From Terriglobia bacterium (GTDB taxonomy: Bacteria > Acidobacteriota > Terriglobia > Bryobacterales > Bryobacteraceae), in assembly GCA_963719335.1 (NCBI GenBank), contig CAVRBR010000004.1, positions 8,524-72,523 on the forward strand: a stretch of DNA of 64,000 nt, given 5' to 3'. Shown here piece by piece: positions 1-10,619 of this stretch. The translations under genes were made by a program, and so were the position numbers. Position 1 is the first letter of the stretch. The number at the start of each line of letters is the position of its first letter. Under the pieces are notes generated by a model. The model had not been told where the DNA came from, searched no databases, and worked only from the letters and a program-made list of their open reading frames with translations.

Positions 1-261
1 AAGCTGGTGAAACGCGATGCCGATTTTGTTCGCGACGACCGGCGAATCGTCTGGCCCCTCCCGATACATGTCGATGGCGTCGCGATACATCTTGCGCGCC
101 ATGTAGATGTCGCCACGCAGCTCCGGCGTGATGGCCGGCCGCGGCGGTCGCGCCCACGGGACGGCATAGGCCGGGCCGAAGCCCGCAGATCGGTCGGAGC
201 AGCGGCCCGTTGCTGACCCCACACTCCCAGCGGAGCAGCGCAAAAAGCCAAACAGCAGCAA
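1..261 (-). CDS. TPR-like repeat protein, N-terminal part only (gene runs off the left edge)
   Basis: Not in the ORF track. The minus-strand frame is open from TTG at 259-261 to base 1: LLLFGFLRCSAGSVGS...PAITPELRGDIYMARKMYRDAIDMYREGPDDSPVVANKIGIAFHQL. That is a hydrophobic N-terminus followed by a TPR-like helix pair. An ATG at 287-289 in another frame (MISFSVTV*) could be the true start if a further indel is present. Confidence 0.3.
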   Translation of the reverse strand, partial: MLLFGFLRCSAGSVGSATGRCSDRSAGFGPAYAVPWARPPRPAITPELRGDIYMARKMYRDAIDMYREGPDDSPVVANKIGIAFHQL

Positions 262-376
262 GCTAGACGGTTACCGAAAAAGAGATCATACGGCGATCCC
301 CCTTTGTCTGTTTACTATATACCTTTTTGAGGTGACCTGGGGAACGGGAAACCTCAGGACTGCCTAGCCTGCCCGG

Positions 377-2803
377 CTAGTGGAAAATGCTTTTCAGCTT
401 ATCGAACAGCCCCGGCTTCTTTCCGTCTTGCTTGTTCTTCTCTGGGGCTGGAGCATTGACGTCCGGAGGCGCTCCTGGCGGAATCACGCCGGGCGTGGGA
501 GGCGCGTTCGGCAATGCGGCAGGCTGCTCCGGGTCGAGGTTTCCCAGCCGGCGATCTCCGTCGCACCGGCTTGGTGCAGCGGGCAGAACTGAACCGGTTG
601 CGTGCCCAGCAAATAATATTCGGTGTCGACTTTCGGGCAGGCGCTGGTCGCGAGCTGCACCGCTGAGCGGATCGATTTGCGCGCTGACCACGCCGTCCGG
701 CACATCGAACTGCGCTACGTCGCGGTACGCCCGATGTTTGTGGGCCCGCTTCATAAACTCTGTCCAAATCGGAAGCGCCGCTTTAGCGCCTTCCAGTTTC
801 AGATCCTGATAATCATCCAGACCGACCCAGACAATGCAAAGCAGCTTGGTGGTATATCCCGCGAACCAGGCGTCATGCGACGTGCCGGTCTTGCCTGCCG
901 CGGGAAGCGTGAATCCGCGAGCCCGCACCCCGGCGCCGGTACCGATGCGGAGAACATCCTCCATCAAGTCACCATCAGGAAATTCACGCGAGGATCGAGG
1001 ATCTTCTTGGTTTCGGGTTGCGAGGACCACACCGACGTCGCCGGATTTGTCTACAATGCGCGACATCATGCGCGGCTCCACCATCACGCCCTTGTTGGCG
1101 AACAGCGTGTAAGCTCCCGCGATCTCCAGCGGCGTAACATCGTATGAGCCAAGCGCCATGGCGGGCGTGGCGCGGATGTCGGCGAGACCGGCCTTGTGCG
1201 CCAACTCGGCCACCGCTCCGTAACCGGCCGCCTCCGCGACTTCCACCGCGGGCACGTTCAACGATTTCGCGAAAGCCGTTCGCAATGTGACATCGCCCAA
1301 CCAGTCGCCGTGGTGGAAATCGACCGGCTCATACGGCTTGCCGTCGAATAAGAAGGTGCGCGGCTCGTCCTGAAAAATAGTGGAAGGGGTAATGGGATCG
1401 GGGCTGGTCCCAAAGACGCGGTATTCAGCGCGGCGGCATAGACGAAAGGCTTGAAAACGCTGCCCGAAGGGCGCTTCGCCACGACGTGATCGAGTTGGCT
1501 GACGCCGTAGTTCTTTCCGCCGATCAGCGCCTTCACTTCCCCGGTGTGCGGATCGAGGCAGATCAGCGCGACCTGCGGCTCTTCGACCGGAGTTCCCTCT
1601 TTGTGGCGCTTGGCGAGCAGGGCGTCCACTTCGCGCATGCCGATCGCGACCGACTCCGCCGCATCCCGCTGCAGATCGGGATCAAGCGTAGTGTAGATCT
1701 TCGATCCCGACGTCTTGAAAATCGCGGTCCTGAAAGTCATCCGCAAGCCGCTCGTTGACCAGATCGACAAAATAAGGCGCGTCGGCCGATTCGATTCCCT
1801 GCCTCGCGATCACCAGCGGGTGCTTGCGATCGCGCTGTCATATTGAGCCTGCGAAATATATCCGTTGTCGAGCATGCGAGCGAGAACCACATTGCGGCGC
1901 GGCTTGCGCGCGCTCAGGCCAGCGAACGGGATTCCGAAAGCTTGGCTCCTGAATCAGCCCCGCGAGAGTGGCCGCTTCGGGAAGGGTCAGCTGGCGGATA
2001 TCTTTTCCGAAGTATGCTTGCGACGCCTCGCCGAATCCGCGGATCGCGAATGAGCCGCGGCGTCCGAGATCCACCTGATTGGCGTAGTATTCGAAGATCT
2101 TTTGCTTGGTCAGCTTGCGCTCGAGGTGAATGGTGATCAGCAGCTCATCGAACTTGCGGGTCCAGGTTTTGCGGCTGTCGAGCCAAAGATTTCGGGCGAG
2201 CTGCTGCGTAAGAGTAGAAGCGCCCTGCGCATTGCGATGTTGCTTGAGATCGACGAACATAGCCTCGACGATGCGCACCGGATCAAAGCCCGAGTGCTGG
2301 AAGAAGCGCTTGTCCTCGATCGAGATGACAGCCTGCACCAGCACAGGCGGGATGTCGTCGTACCGGACCAGGCGGCGCTTCTCGCGATTCTTGTCGTAGA
2401 GGCTGCTCAGCAGCTGAGGCTCCAGCGTGTACTCGGTGCGGGCGGTGTTGTCGCTCAGCGCGATAATGGAGGAAATTTTGCCGTCTTTAAAGCGAAGCAC
2501 GCCCGGTTCCGAGCCGCTGTAGGAGCGGTCGCCGGGGAAGATCTCGATGGCATCCGCGCGCAAATGGTACCAGCCCCCCGGATTCGTGCGCGCATCCTCG
2601 GCGTATCCGCTCTCTCGCAGCTTGGCAGCGAAGTGCAGCGGCGTTCCGGGGTCGCCTATGCCGACCGTTTGCGGGGCAGCGTAGAGCAGGGACGAATTCG
2701 GGAAAGGTCCCTGCGCGAGCTTTTCATCCGTCAGCCGCGCGTACTTCGCATAGTAGAACCAGACCACGATCAGGGCGATCACAACGATCGCGGTCGGCGC
2801 CAA
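377..2803 (-). pseudogene. mrcA: Class A penicillin-binding protein (PBP1A; transglycosylase/transpeptidase), split by several frameshifts
   Basis: Three collinear minus-strand ORFs. 1838..2803 is the TM anchor plus GT51 domain (EDKRFFQHSGFDPVRIVEA, GASTLTQQLARNL). 1258..1770 holds the transpeptidase SxxK motif (PSGSVFKPFVYAAAL). 377..1300 has KTGTSHDAWFAGYT and a Pro-rich tail. The junctions at about 1300, 1800 and 1900 need frame changes, and the N-terminus near 2803 sits beside A7/T5 homopolymers. Confidence 0.85.
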
Positions 2804-2993
2804 AAAGAACGAATTTTTTTAACGGACTCGCGGGCCGAGCGGGCCTATTGCGGGTGGAACCCGCGGCTTGCAGGAATTTTGATGCGAACGGGCAAATGTC
2901 TGGCCTAGAAGGAACTACTCAACGCTTGGACGCCCGCGTTCGTACCTCGGTTACTTCCGGGCTTGATAATACGATTCTAACTCTTTCCAGATG

Positions 2994-3362
2994 TTATCGT
3001 CGTGCGGCTGCCAATCGGGAGTTGTGCCGCCCGGTGATCTGCAGTTCCTCAATGCTTAAAGTGCCATGGCCGAACGGGCAGATCAACTCCGTTTTCGGGC
3101 GTCCAAACGTGACCATATGCCCCCAGGAGCCACTGCTCACCGGCATGATCGAGTTGCGAACACAGGTGCGGCACCGGCGGCGCTGATCCCTAAGGATCAG
3201 AGAAAACAGGCCCGCACCCACCAGCCAAACGCCCAGAGTGGCGAACGTGAACAGCATGTCGTGCAAGAACAGCGGGGGGCTGTGGGCCGAACTGTGGCAA
3301 AAGCGGAGGCAGGAGCAGGATAGAAGTAGGTCAGCGCAGCTTGGAGACCGCACACCAGTCAA
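2994..3362 (-). CDS. Hypothetical small membrane protein with a Cys-rich (zinc-ribbon-like) tail
   Basis: ORF of 122 aa. The likely real start is the internal Met at 3257 (MLFTFATLGVWLVGAGLFSLIL, one TM helix). This is followed by CRTC...(20 aa)...CPFGHG. An alternative frame near 3010 continues as WQPHDDNIWKELESYYQARK*, so the 3' end may also be frameshifted. No family recognised. Confidence 0.3.
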   Translation of the reverse strand: MTGVRSPSCADLLLSCSCLRFCHSSAHSPPLFLHDMLFTFATLGVWLVGAGLFSLILRDQRRRCRTCVRNSIMPVSSGSWGHMVTFGRPKTELICPFGHGTLSIEELQITGRHNSRLAAARR

Positions 3363-3458
3363 GCCGCGGCCGCCAGCTTCGCGATCAGATACAGCCAGTA
3401 CTTCATTGCCGTTTATTAGACTCCTTTCCTGCGGCAGGAGTTCCGCCGCACAGCCGAA

Positions 3459-4377
3459 TTACTTGCGAAGCAAGTTTCTCGCCAGGAATAAGACGTTTGC
3501 CGGACGTTCGGCCAAGCGCCGCATAAAGTAGGGATACCAGGCATCGCCATAGGGGACGTACAGACGTAAACGGAACCCTTGCGCCACAATCTGGCGCTGC
3601 AGGTCGCGCCGGATTCCGTAAAGCATCTGGAATTCAAAACGATCTGCCGCAATGTTTTGTTCCTTGATGTGACGTAGCGCCTCGCCGGATGATCTTCTCA
3701 TCGTGACTTGCGATAGCGGGATGAGTTCCTCGATCCAGCAACAGCTTCATGAGCTTGACGTAGTTGGCGTCCACTTCCGCTTTACGCGGGAAGGCGACCG
3801 TGGCGGGCTCACGATAAGCGCCCTTGCAGAGACGAACGGGAATTTTCCGTTCCGAAAGCATGTCGAATATCGGCTTCGCTGCGATAAAGATAGGCCTGGA
3901 TGACGGCGCGAACGTGCCCTTCGAATCTGCTTTGCAGCTCGGTGACCACCTGAAGCGTGCGGTCTGTGTAGTCGCTCGATTCCATGTCGATCTCGATACG
4001 GGTATTCATCTGCGCGAGCGCGCTCGACCAGCGCGGCGACGTTTTCGCGGCAGGCGTCTTCGGAAAAGTCGAGGCCGAACTGGGTCAGTTTGATGGAAAC
4101 GGTGGCAGGCAAGTTGGGCGCGTTCGATCTCGTCGAGCGCGGCCAAGTAGGAATCTCGCGATCGAGCCGCTTCGGTGAGGGAGGTAACATTTTCACCGAG
4201 GAAATCGAGCGTCCCGAGGGTTTGCTCGGCCGATAGCTGCTTCAGGACGCGAACACCGTCATTCAGCCCCTGGCCCGCAATAAACCGCGAAGTGAGATTG
4301 CGAGAGAGCGCCGAGTCTTCCATCCATCGGCGTAACCAACTGTTCTGAGAAAGATACAGGAATGTGCGGCGCAGCAT
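3459..4377 (-). pseudogene. Proline dehydrogenase (monofunctional PutA-like), split by at least 3 frameshifts
   Basis: Four collinear minus-strand fragments: 4006..4377 (N-terminus, FIAGQGLNDGVRVLKQL...LDFLGENV), 3809..4009, 3634..3861 (RLCKGAYREP...HPAIASHDEKII) and 3459..3701 (FQMLYGIRRDLQ...LYVPYGDAWYPYFMRRLAERPANVLF). These are characteristic ProDH motifs. Confidence 0.8.
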
Positions 4378-4549
4378 CTAGGCTGCCGGGCTGCTCTTCG
4401 GGTCCCGGTGGTCCTTTTCACTTGGCCGTATTCGTGCGCGGGCCTCTTCCACTATAACGAGGGGTTCTCCCCGGCGACCCGCCGGCGCGATGCGAGAGCG
4501 TATCGAGACCAGCTGCTACAACTCTACCTTTGCGCCGGTTCTGAGGATT

Positions 4550-5167
4550 TCACCACATCGAGGGAGGTGGCGGAAATTTCTTGATCGGTCTGCCGCTGTT
4601 CAGGTACCTATGAAGCTGTCCATTCCGAAAAAGCGCATAACCGCCGTGTGTGTTTAGACGGAGTGAATCGCCCTGCGCACGGATGCTGTCCGCGACGAAC
4701 TCGAGCGGGTACAGGCGAGCTAGATGTGTATGCCTATCCCATCGGATAAGGCCGACCGGAGCCTTCGAAATGTCTTCCCCGAACCCCACTTCAGGCGGAG
4801 AGAAAAGTGTGTATCTGCAAGTCGAGGTATCGAAGTAGCCGAAAGCGCCGACGCCTGCGTCGCCCTCGCCATCATAAAAATTGTTTCCGATCCAGATCTT
4901 TCCGTCTTCGACTTCGTAAGGGCCGATCACTTCCTGACGTTCGTACTGTCCCGGCCGAAACGGGTTCGACCGGAAGTCCTTGGGCCGAAGCAGTTTGTAT
5001 TCTCGCGCCGTGCTTTGGGGCAGTGGGTAGAACCTTGTGCGATGGCGTCCAATCGTTTCGATAATGCCGTGAGAACGCACGCCAAAACCGTCTTTACTGT
5101 GCTCCAGATGAAAACGACTGATCTCAGAAATCATAGTTCCCTGGAGGGCGAATGAGATCAGAAGCAT
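4550..5167 (-). CDS. Hypothetical protein, no family recognised
   Basis: Intact 205-aa ORF lying 6 bp downstream of the PAP2 gene on the same strand, so probably co-transcribed. Composition is protein-like (NNFYDGEGDAGVGAFGYFD). Met12 (5134) is an alternative start. Confidence 0.45.
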   Translation of the reverse strand: MLLISFALQGTMISEISRFHLEHSKDGFGVRSHGIIETIGRHRTRFYPLPQSTAREYKLLRPKDFRSNPFRPGQYERQEVIGPYEVEDGKIWIGNNFYDGEGDAGVGAFGYFDTSTCRYTLFSPPEVGFGEDISKAPVGLIRWDRHTHLARLYPLEFVADSIRAQGDSLRLNTHGGYALFRNGQLHRYLNSGRPIKKFPPPPSMW

Positions 5168-5173
5168 GGCTGA

Positions 5174-5710
5174 CTAGATGAAGATGGCGCGGCTGCTCAG
5201 CGCGAGGCCGGTCCCGAGCAGCGCACCGACGATCACGTCGCTCAGGAAGTGCATGCCGAGTAGCACTCGCGACACGGCAACGCACACCGCGCAAAACAGC
5301 AGGCCTCCAAGCATGACTGGATAAAACGCTCCCAGCGCGACTGCAACTGCAAAGGCAGTGATGGTGTGGCCGGACGGAAAGGAAAAATGATCGGGCGGCA
5401 AAATACGCGCCCAACAATGCGGCTCAATCTCACACGGGCGCTTGCGACCGGAGATGTTCTTCAACAAAATGAAGATCCCAATTCCAGCAACGGCAGCGGA
5501 GCCGGCAGCGGCCGTGGCATTTATCCGGTTTCCGCCGCCGAATAACAAAACGGAAAGCCCAATCAGATACCAGAGCCAGCCATCTCCGGCGCGCGTAGCC
5601 GCAATGGCTCCCAAGCGAATCCATTTCGGTGCAGGCCACTTGTTCACTTTGCGCATCAGTTTGTGATCGCCCGTGGCAATCAAGTGAAGCATGCTGTGAT
5701 GCGCTGTCAT
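5174..5710 (-). CDS. PAP2-family lipid phosphatase (phosphatidic acid / undecaprenyl-PP phosphatase-like)
   Basis: Multi-TM 178-aa protein carrying the PAP2 motifs KNISGRKRP, SFPSGHT and SRVLLGMHFLSDV. Confidence 0.85.
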   Translation of the reverse strand: MTAHHSMLHLIATGDHKLMRKVNKWPAPKWIRLGAIAATRAGDGWLWYLIGLSVLLFGGGNRINATAAAGSAAVAGIGIFILLKNISGRKRPCEIEPHCWARILPPDHFSFPSGHTITAFAVAVALGAFYPVMLGGLLFCAVCVAVSRVLLGMHFLSDVIVGALLGTGLALSSRAIFI

Positions 5711-5781
5711 AATGGCGTCGACTTATGCAACCAGTGTATTTGACGTAGCAAGCGGCACGAACGACCAATAAGGATAAAGGG

Positions 5782-6957
5782 TTGGCCAAGACCGCCACAT
5801 TAGATTTCGTCTATTTCGAAGCCGGCGCTGGACATCGAAGCGCCGCGATGGCGCTCGAATCGGTGATTGCGTCAGAGGGCTACGGGTGGAATGTGCGGCT
5901 GGTCAACCTGCAGGAGGTACTCGATCCGCTCGACATCTTTCGCAAGACCACCCGCATTCGACTGCAGGACATCTATAACTTGCTTTTGGCCAAAGGCTGG
6001 ACGCTTGGGTCGACTCAACTCTTGCCGTTAATGCAAAGCGTCATTCGGATTTATCATTCCGCCGCCGTCAAGCTTCTGACGGAGTACTGGCGCGCCCGCG
6101 CGCCGGACATGGTTGTGTCGTTGGTTCCCAATCTGAACCGGGCGATGTTCGAGAGCCTGGAGAGAGCGCTACCAGGTACGCCGTTCGTGACAATTCTGAC
6201 CGACTTAGCAGATTACCCGCCGCATTTTTGGATGGAAAAGCAACACCAGTACTTCATCTGTGGAACGGAGCGCGCATGCAAGCAAGCGAGCCGGTTAGGA
6301 CACGGACGTTCCCAGGTGTTTGCCACAACGGGAATGATTTTGCGGCCGGATTTCTATGACGCCCGAGCGTGGGATCGCGCGGAAGAACGGAAGGAGCTGG
6401 GACTCGATCCCGCCTTGCCGACCGGTTTGGTTTTGTTCGGCGGCCAGGGATCGAACGTAATGTTATCCCTCGCCAAGCGGCTTGGCAATTCGTCCGTCGA
6501 TTTGCAATTGATCCTGATTTGCGGGCGCAATGCAAAGTTGAAAGCACGCCTGGCGCAGCTGAAGACGCGAAACAAGCTGGTTGTGGAAGGCTTCACAAAA
6601 GAAATTCCGTATTACATGCATCTTTCGGATTTCTTCATCGGTAAGCCAGGACCCGGAAGCATCTCAGAGGCTCTCCACATGCGCCTCCCTGTCATTGTCG
6701 AGAGCAATGCATGGACGTTGCCGCAGGAGCGTTATAACGCCGAGTGGATACGTGAGCAGGGTGTCGGAATCGTCCTTAAGAAATTTCGTGCGATCGAGGC
6801 AGCGGTCAAACAACTTCTCTCAGAAGACCGGCTGGCTCACATGAAAGAGAAGATTTCCGCCATGGACAATCGCGCCGTGTTCGAGATCCCGCCGATCTTA
6901 GACAAAATACTACAGGAGAAGATGGTGCAGGAACGCTCGAAACCGGTGTTAAGCTGA
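5782..6957 (+). CDS. MGDG-synthase-like / GT28-family glycosyltransferase (diacylglycerol glycosyltransferase-like)
   Basis: 391 aa. The N-terminus (FEAGAGHRSAA) and the C-terminal GKPGPGSISEAL...LPVIV...QERYNAEW resemble the MGDG_synth plus Glyco_tran_28_C architecture. TTG start. Divergent from the PAP2 gene. Confidence 0.75.
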   Translation: MAKTATLDFVYFEAGAGHRSAAMALESVIASEGYGWNVRLVNLQEVLDPLDIFRKTTRIRLQDIYNLLLAKGWTLGSTQLLPLMQSVIRIYHSAAVKLLTEYWRARAPDMVVSLVPNLNRAMFESLERALPGTPFVTILTDLADYPPHFWMEKQHQYFICGTERACKQASRLGHGRSQVFATTGMILRPDFYDARAWDRAEERKELGLDPALPTGLVLFGGQGSNVMLSLAKRLGNSSVDLQLILICGRNAKLKARLAQLKTRNKLVVEGFTKEIPYYMHLSDFFIGKPGPGSISEALHMRLPVIVESNAWTLPQERYNAEWIREQGVGIVLKKFRAIEAAVKQLLSEDRLAHMKEKISAMDNRAVFEIPPILDKILQEKMVQERSKPVLS

Positions 6958-6975
6958 ACGCGTCCAACAACTTAC

Positions 6976-8898
6976 ATGTGTGGGATTGCGGGTTTCACTC
7001 ACTTCGGGCATAGGCCGGCAGCGGGCGTGCTGCGGCGCGCCATCGCTGGTCTGCATCATCGCGGCCCCAATCAGCAAGGCGTTTTTGAGACAGCGAACGT
7101 TTCTTTAGGCGCGGTTCGGCTGAAGATCATCGATCTGGAGGGCGGCGATCAGCCCATGCGCACCGAAGATGGCGATTGCGTCCTCGCGTTCAACGGCGAG
7201 ATCTATAATCATGCGGAATTGCGGCGCGAACTCGAGCAGCTCGGGCATCGATTTCAATCGCATTGCGATACGGAAGTCGCGTTGCGAGCGTTTGTCGAAT
7301 GGGACGTGGACTGCTTCCGCCGTTTCCGAGGCATGTTCGCCGCGGCCTTCTGGCAGGAATCCGCGCGCCGCTTGGTGCTGGTCCGGGACCGGCTTGGAAT
7401 TAAGCCGCTGTATTACACGGTTCGGAACGGGGACGTTCACTTCGGCTCCGAGCTGAAGGCCATCTTCGAGCATCCCGACGTACCACGGCGGCTTTCGGAA
7501 ACCGCGCTGGGGTATTACTTATCGCTGAATTACGTACCCACGCCTTTCACTCTCGTCGACGGAATCGAGAAGGTGATTCCGGGGACGTGGCTCGAATGCC
7601 GCAACGGCCGCTTGCGGACCGAATCTTACTGGCGCAATGCGTTTGAACCTCACGATGCGAGTCTCGAAGAAGCTTGCGAGGAATTGGATGGCCTGCTGAA
7701 GAGCTCGATTGCGGAACATCTTGTTTCCGACGTTCCTTTGGGAATCTGGGCGAGCGGCGGCCTGGATTCTTCCACCATCCTGCACTACGCTGCCGAGGTG
7801 TCGTCCCGCCGCTTGCAGACATTTTCCATCTCGTTTCCCGGAAGGCGTTTCGACGAGAGCAAATACTTTCGATTACTCGCCGAGCGCTACAACACGTCTC
7901 ATCATGAGTTTGAGCTCTGCAGCGATCTGGATCTGCCGAGCGCTATTCACGAGATCGCTTACTACTCGGACGAACCGAGCGCGGACGCCGGCGCCATTCC
8001 AGTTTGGTTTCTCTCTCGCATGACAGCGAAGCATGTCACCGTTGCATTGAGCGGCGAGGGTGCGGACGAGGTCTTCGGAGGGTACAACACGTATGTCGCG
8101 GACCGTTATGCAAAGGTGGCGCGGCACCTGCCGGCTCCCCTTCTTCGCTCGGCACTTCACGCCGCGAACCGCCTTCCTGTATCGGACGAAAAGATCGGCT
8201 TCGAATATAAGTTGAAGCGCTTTCTTTCCGGCGCCCTGCTCGCGAGCGACGAAGCGCACTTCTTCTGGAACGGCACGTTCTCACGTGAAGAGCAGCAATT
8301 GCTGGGGGGTCGTCATTCTCCACAGCCGCTCGAGTCTCTATGCGCGGCGCTGCCGGGGTTGCCCGGGTATTCCGAAGTCGTCAACCGTTACTTGTTCGTC
8401 GATCAGCATTATTATCTGCCCGACGACATCCTTTATAAATGCGATCGCATGAGCATGGCGCATTCGCTCGAGGTGAGGCCGCCGTTTCTGGATCATCGCA
8501 TCGTGGAGTTTGCCGCACAATTGCCGGCCAAGCTGAAAATTAAGGGACGCAGCACCAAGCACGTGATGCGCGAACTGGTACGCGGCAAGCTGCCCGCCGC
8601 AATTTTGCAGCGGCGAAAAGAAGGGCTGGATATTCCAGCTCACGAATGGCTGCGCGGTCCGCTTCGGCCATTGCTTCTGGAATCACTGAGTGCGGAATCG
8701 GTGCAACGCAGCGGATTATTTGCTCCGCAGGTGGTGAACGCGCTGGTCGAACGTCACCTCAGCCGAAAAGAAAACCTCGGATATCATCTTTGGGGCTTAC
8801 TGACTCTTCAGCTGTGGATGCAACGTTGGAAAATTGAGGCCCCCGGAATGGATGAGCCCGCGGAGCGCATGGCAAGCGCTGCTTCGGCGGCCGATTAG
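6976..8898 (+). CDS. asnB: Asparagine synthase (glutamine-hydrolysing), AsnB family
   Basis: 640 aa. MCGIAGF is the Ntn catalytic Cys2. The synthetase domain has SGGLDSS and the typical LPDDILYKCDRMSMAHSLEVRPPFLD. Confidence 0.92.
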   Translation: MCGIAGFTHFGHRPAAGVLRRAIAGLHHRGPNQQGVFETANVSLGAVRLKIIDLEGGDQPMRTEDGDCVLAFNGEIYNHAELRRELEQLGHRFQSHCDTEVALRAFVEWDVDCFRRFRGMFAAAFWQESARRLVLVRDRLGIKPLYYTVRNGDVHFGSELKAIFEHPDVPRRLSETALGYYLSLNYVPTPFTLVDGIEKVIPGTWLECRNGRLRTESYWRNAFEPHDASLEEACEELDGLLKSSIAEHLVSDVPLGIWASGGLDSSTILHYAAEVSSRRLQTFSISFPGRRFDESKYFRLLAERYNTSHHEFELCSDLDLPSAIHEIAYYSDEPSADAGAIPVWFLSRMTAKHVTVALSGEGADEVFGGYNTYVADRYAKVARHLPAPLLRSALHAANRLPVSDEKIGFEYKLKRFLSGALLASDEAHFFWNGTFSREEQQLLGGRHSPQPLESLCAALPGLPGYSEVVNRYLFVDQHYYLPDDILYKCDRMSMAHSLEVRPPFLDHRIVEFAAQLPAKLKIKGRSTKHVMRELVRGKLPAAILQRRKEGLDIPAHEWLRGPLRPLLLESLSAESVQRSGLFAPQVVNALVERHLSRKENLGYHLWGLLTLQLWMQRWKIEAPGMDEPAERMASAASAAD

Positions 8899-8900
8899 GA

Positions 8901-10604
8901 TCAGTACCCCATTGCGCGTCCGCCGCGGCGGCCGTCGGACCAGCCCAGTCGCCAACCCGAACCCTCCTCGATCATGACGGCGTGAACGTCTCCTTGGGAA
9001 CGCAGTTTGGGGTTGATCGTGTAGCCCTCCGATCGCAACTTTTCAGCCACATCGAAGACCAACGCTCCTGGCTCGGCATCCACGCGGTCCGGCAAATATT
9101 GGTGGTGAATACGGGGATACTCAACCGCATCTCGCAGCGACATCTTCGAATCGACGATATTCACGATGACCTCGAACACTGTATTCGGAATCGTCGCCGA
9201 GCCGGGAGAACCGAGCGCAAACCAAGGCGAGCCATCCGCATGCAGAACAATCGTCGGAGTCATGGACGAGATCGGCCGCTTTCCAGGTTTGACTTCGCTG
9301 CGACCGCCGGATTTGTTGCTGAAAGCGCTCATGATGTCATTGAGCAAAACGCCCGTTCCCTTGATCATTACCTGAGATCCGTAGAAGCTGTTGAGCGTAT
9401 ACGTGTTGCTCACGATGTTGCCCGCCGGGTCGATGATGGAAAAGTGCGTGGTGTGATCGGATTCCTGGGGAGACGTGTCGATCGGCATGGTGCTGGAAGG
9501 AGTCGCGCGATCGGCCTGGATCGAGATCGCCAGTTCGCGCGCATGCTCTTTGCTCGTAAGTAAGTCGATAGGAACCGGAAAAAAGGCGGGATCGGCGGCA
9601 AATTCGGCGCGATCGCGGAAGGCGCGGCGCATGGATTCGATCATTTCATGCAGCTCCTCGGAAGAACCTTCCATTCCGAGCTGAGCGGGGAAGGTTTCGA
9701 GAATGTTCAACATTTCGATCAGCGTTGTACCGCCGCTCGAAGAGGGTGGCATCGACAGAATCCAATTTCCGCGGAAGCTGCCCTTCACAGGATCCCGCTC
9801 GATCGCCCGGTAAGACCGCAGATCGTCGTAGCGGATGGTGCCGTCGTGAGCGGCCATGTCGCGATCAATGAGGTGCGCGGTTTCGCCTTCGTAGAATTCA
9901 CGCCATCCGTGCTGCTGTATCCGAGCGATGGTAGCGGCCAGATCGGGTTCCTTGATCAATTCGCCTTGCTTGACCGGCTGGTCCGAGCCGTGCAGAAATA
10001 TTTTGGCCGTCTCTGGAAATTGCTTCATCACCGGCGCCTGCAGCGCAAGAATGAGTTCCATCCGCTGTGACGCCGGAAACCCATTCCGGGCCAACAAATG
10101 CGCGGGCTCGAGCACATCTTTCCAGGGCAACTTTCCAAACCGGGAGTGCGCCAGCCCCATCCCCGCCACTGTGCCCGGAACAGCCGATGCCTTGTAGCCA
10201 ACTGTGGATTCCAGCCGCTCAGTGAACATGCCGGGATGCGCGGCGGCTGGAGCCATCTCTTTGTAATCGATCGCGCGCGCAGTGCCATCCGCCATGCGGA
10301 TCAGCATGTAACCGCCTCCGCCCAGATTGCCCGCTTCCGGATGAACGACGGCCAATGCAAAAGCCACCGCAACGGCCGCATCGACCGCGTTTCCTCCTTT
10401 GCGCAAAATGGAAAGACCCGCTTCTGACGCGAGTTGATTGGCGCTCGCAATCATTGCCTTGGGAGCACGCTCCGGCTGATTGACCATCGGCCGTTGCGCC
10501 TTGAGTTCAAGACCGCTTTGCGAGACCTCCTGCGCAGCGACCGGAGCAATCAGCCCGAAGATCAGGGCCGGAACGAATAAGCGCCGGGTGAAGTTACTTT
10601 CCAT
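8901..10604 (-). CDS. ggt: Gamma-glutamyltransferase
   Basis: 567 aa with a signal peptide. It has the autoprocessing/nucleophile motif TTHFSIIDPAGNIVS and GLGGGGYMLI. Convergent with asnB across a 2-bp gap. Confidence 0.93.
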   Translation of the reverse strand: MESNFTRRLFVPALIFGLIAPVAAQEVSQSGLELKAQRPMVNQPERAPKAMIASANQLASEAGLSILRKGGNAVDAAVAVAFALAVVHPEAGNLGGGGYMLIRMADGTARAIDYKEMAPAAAHPGMFTERLESTVGYKASAVPGTVAGMGLAHSRFGKLPWKDVLEPAHLLARNGFPASQRMELILALQAPVMKQFPETAKIFLHGSDQPVKQGELIKEPDLAATIARIQQHGWREFYEGETAHLIDRDMAAHDGTIRYDDLRSYRAIERDPVKGSFRGNWILSMPPSSSGGTTLIEMLNILETFPAQLGMEGSSEELHEMIESMRRAFRDRAEFAADPAFFPVPIDLLTSKEHARELAISIQADRATPSSTMPIDTSPQESDHTTHFSIIDPAGNIVSNTYTLNSFYGSQVMIKGTGVLLNDIMSAFSNKSGGRSEVKPGKRPISSMTPTIVLHADGSPWFALGSPGSATIPNTVFEVIVNIVDSKMSLRDAVEYPRIHHQYLPDRVDAEPGALVFDVAEKLRSEGYTINPKLRSQGDVHAVMIEEGSGWRLGWSDGRRGGRAMGY

Positions 10605-10619
10605 AAACGTCGCTCGCGA

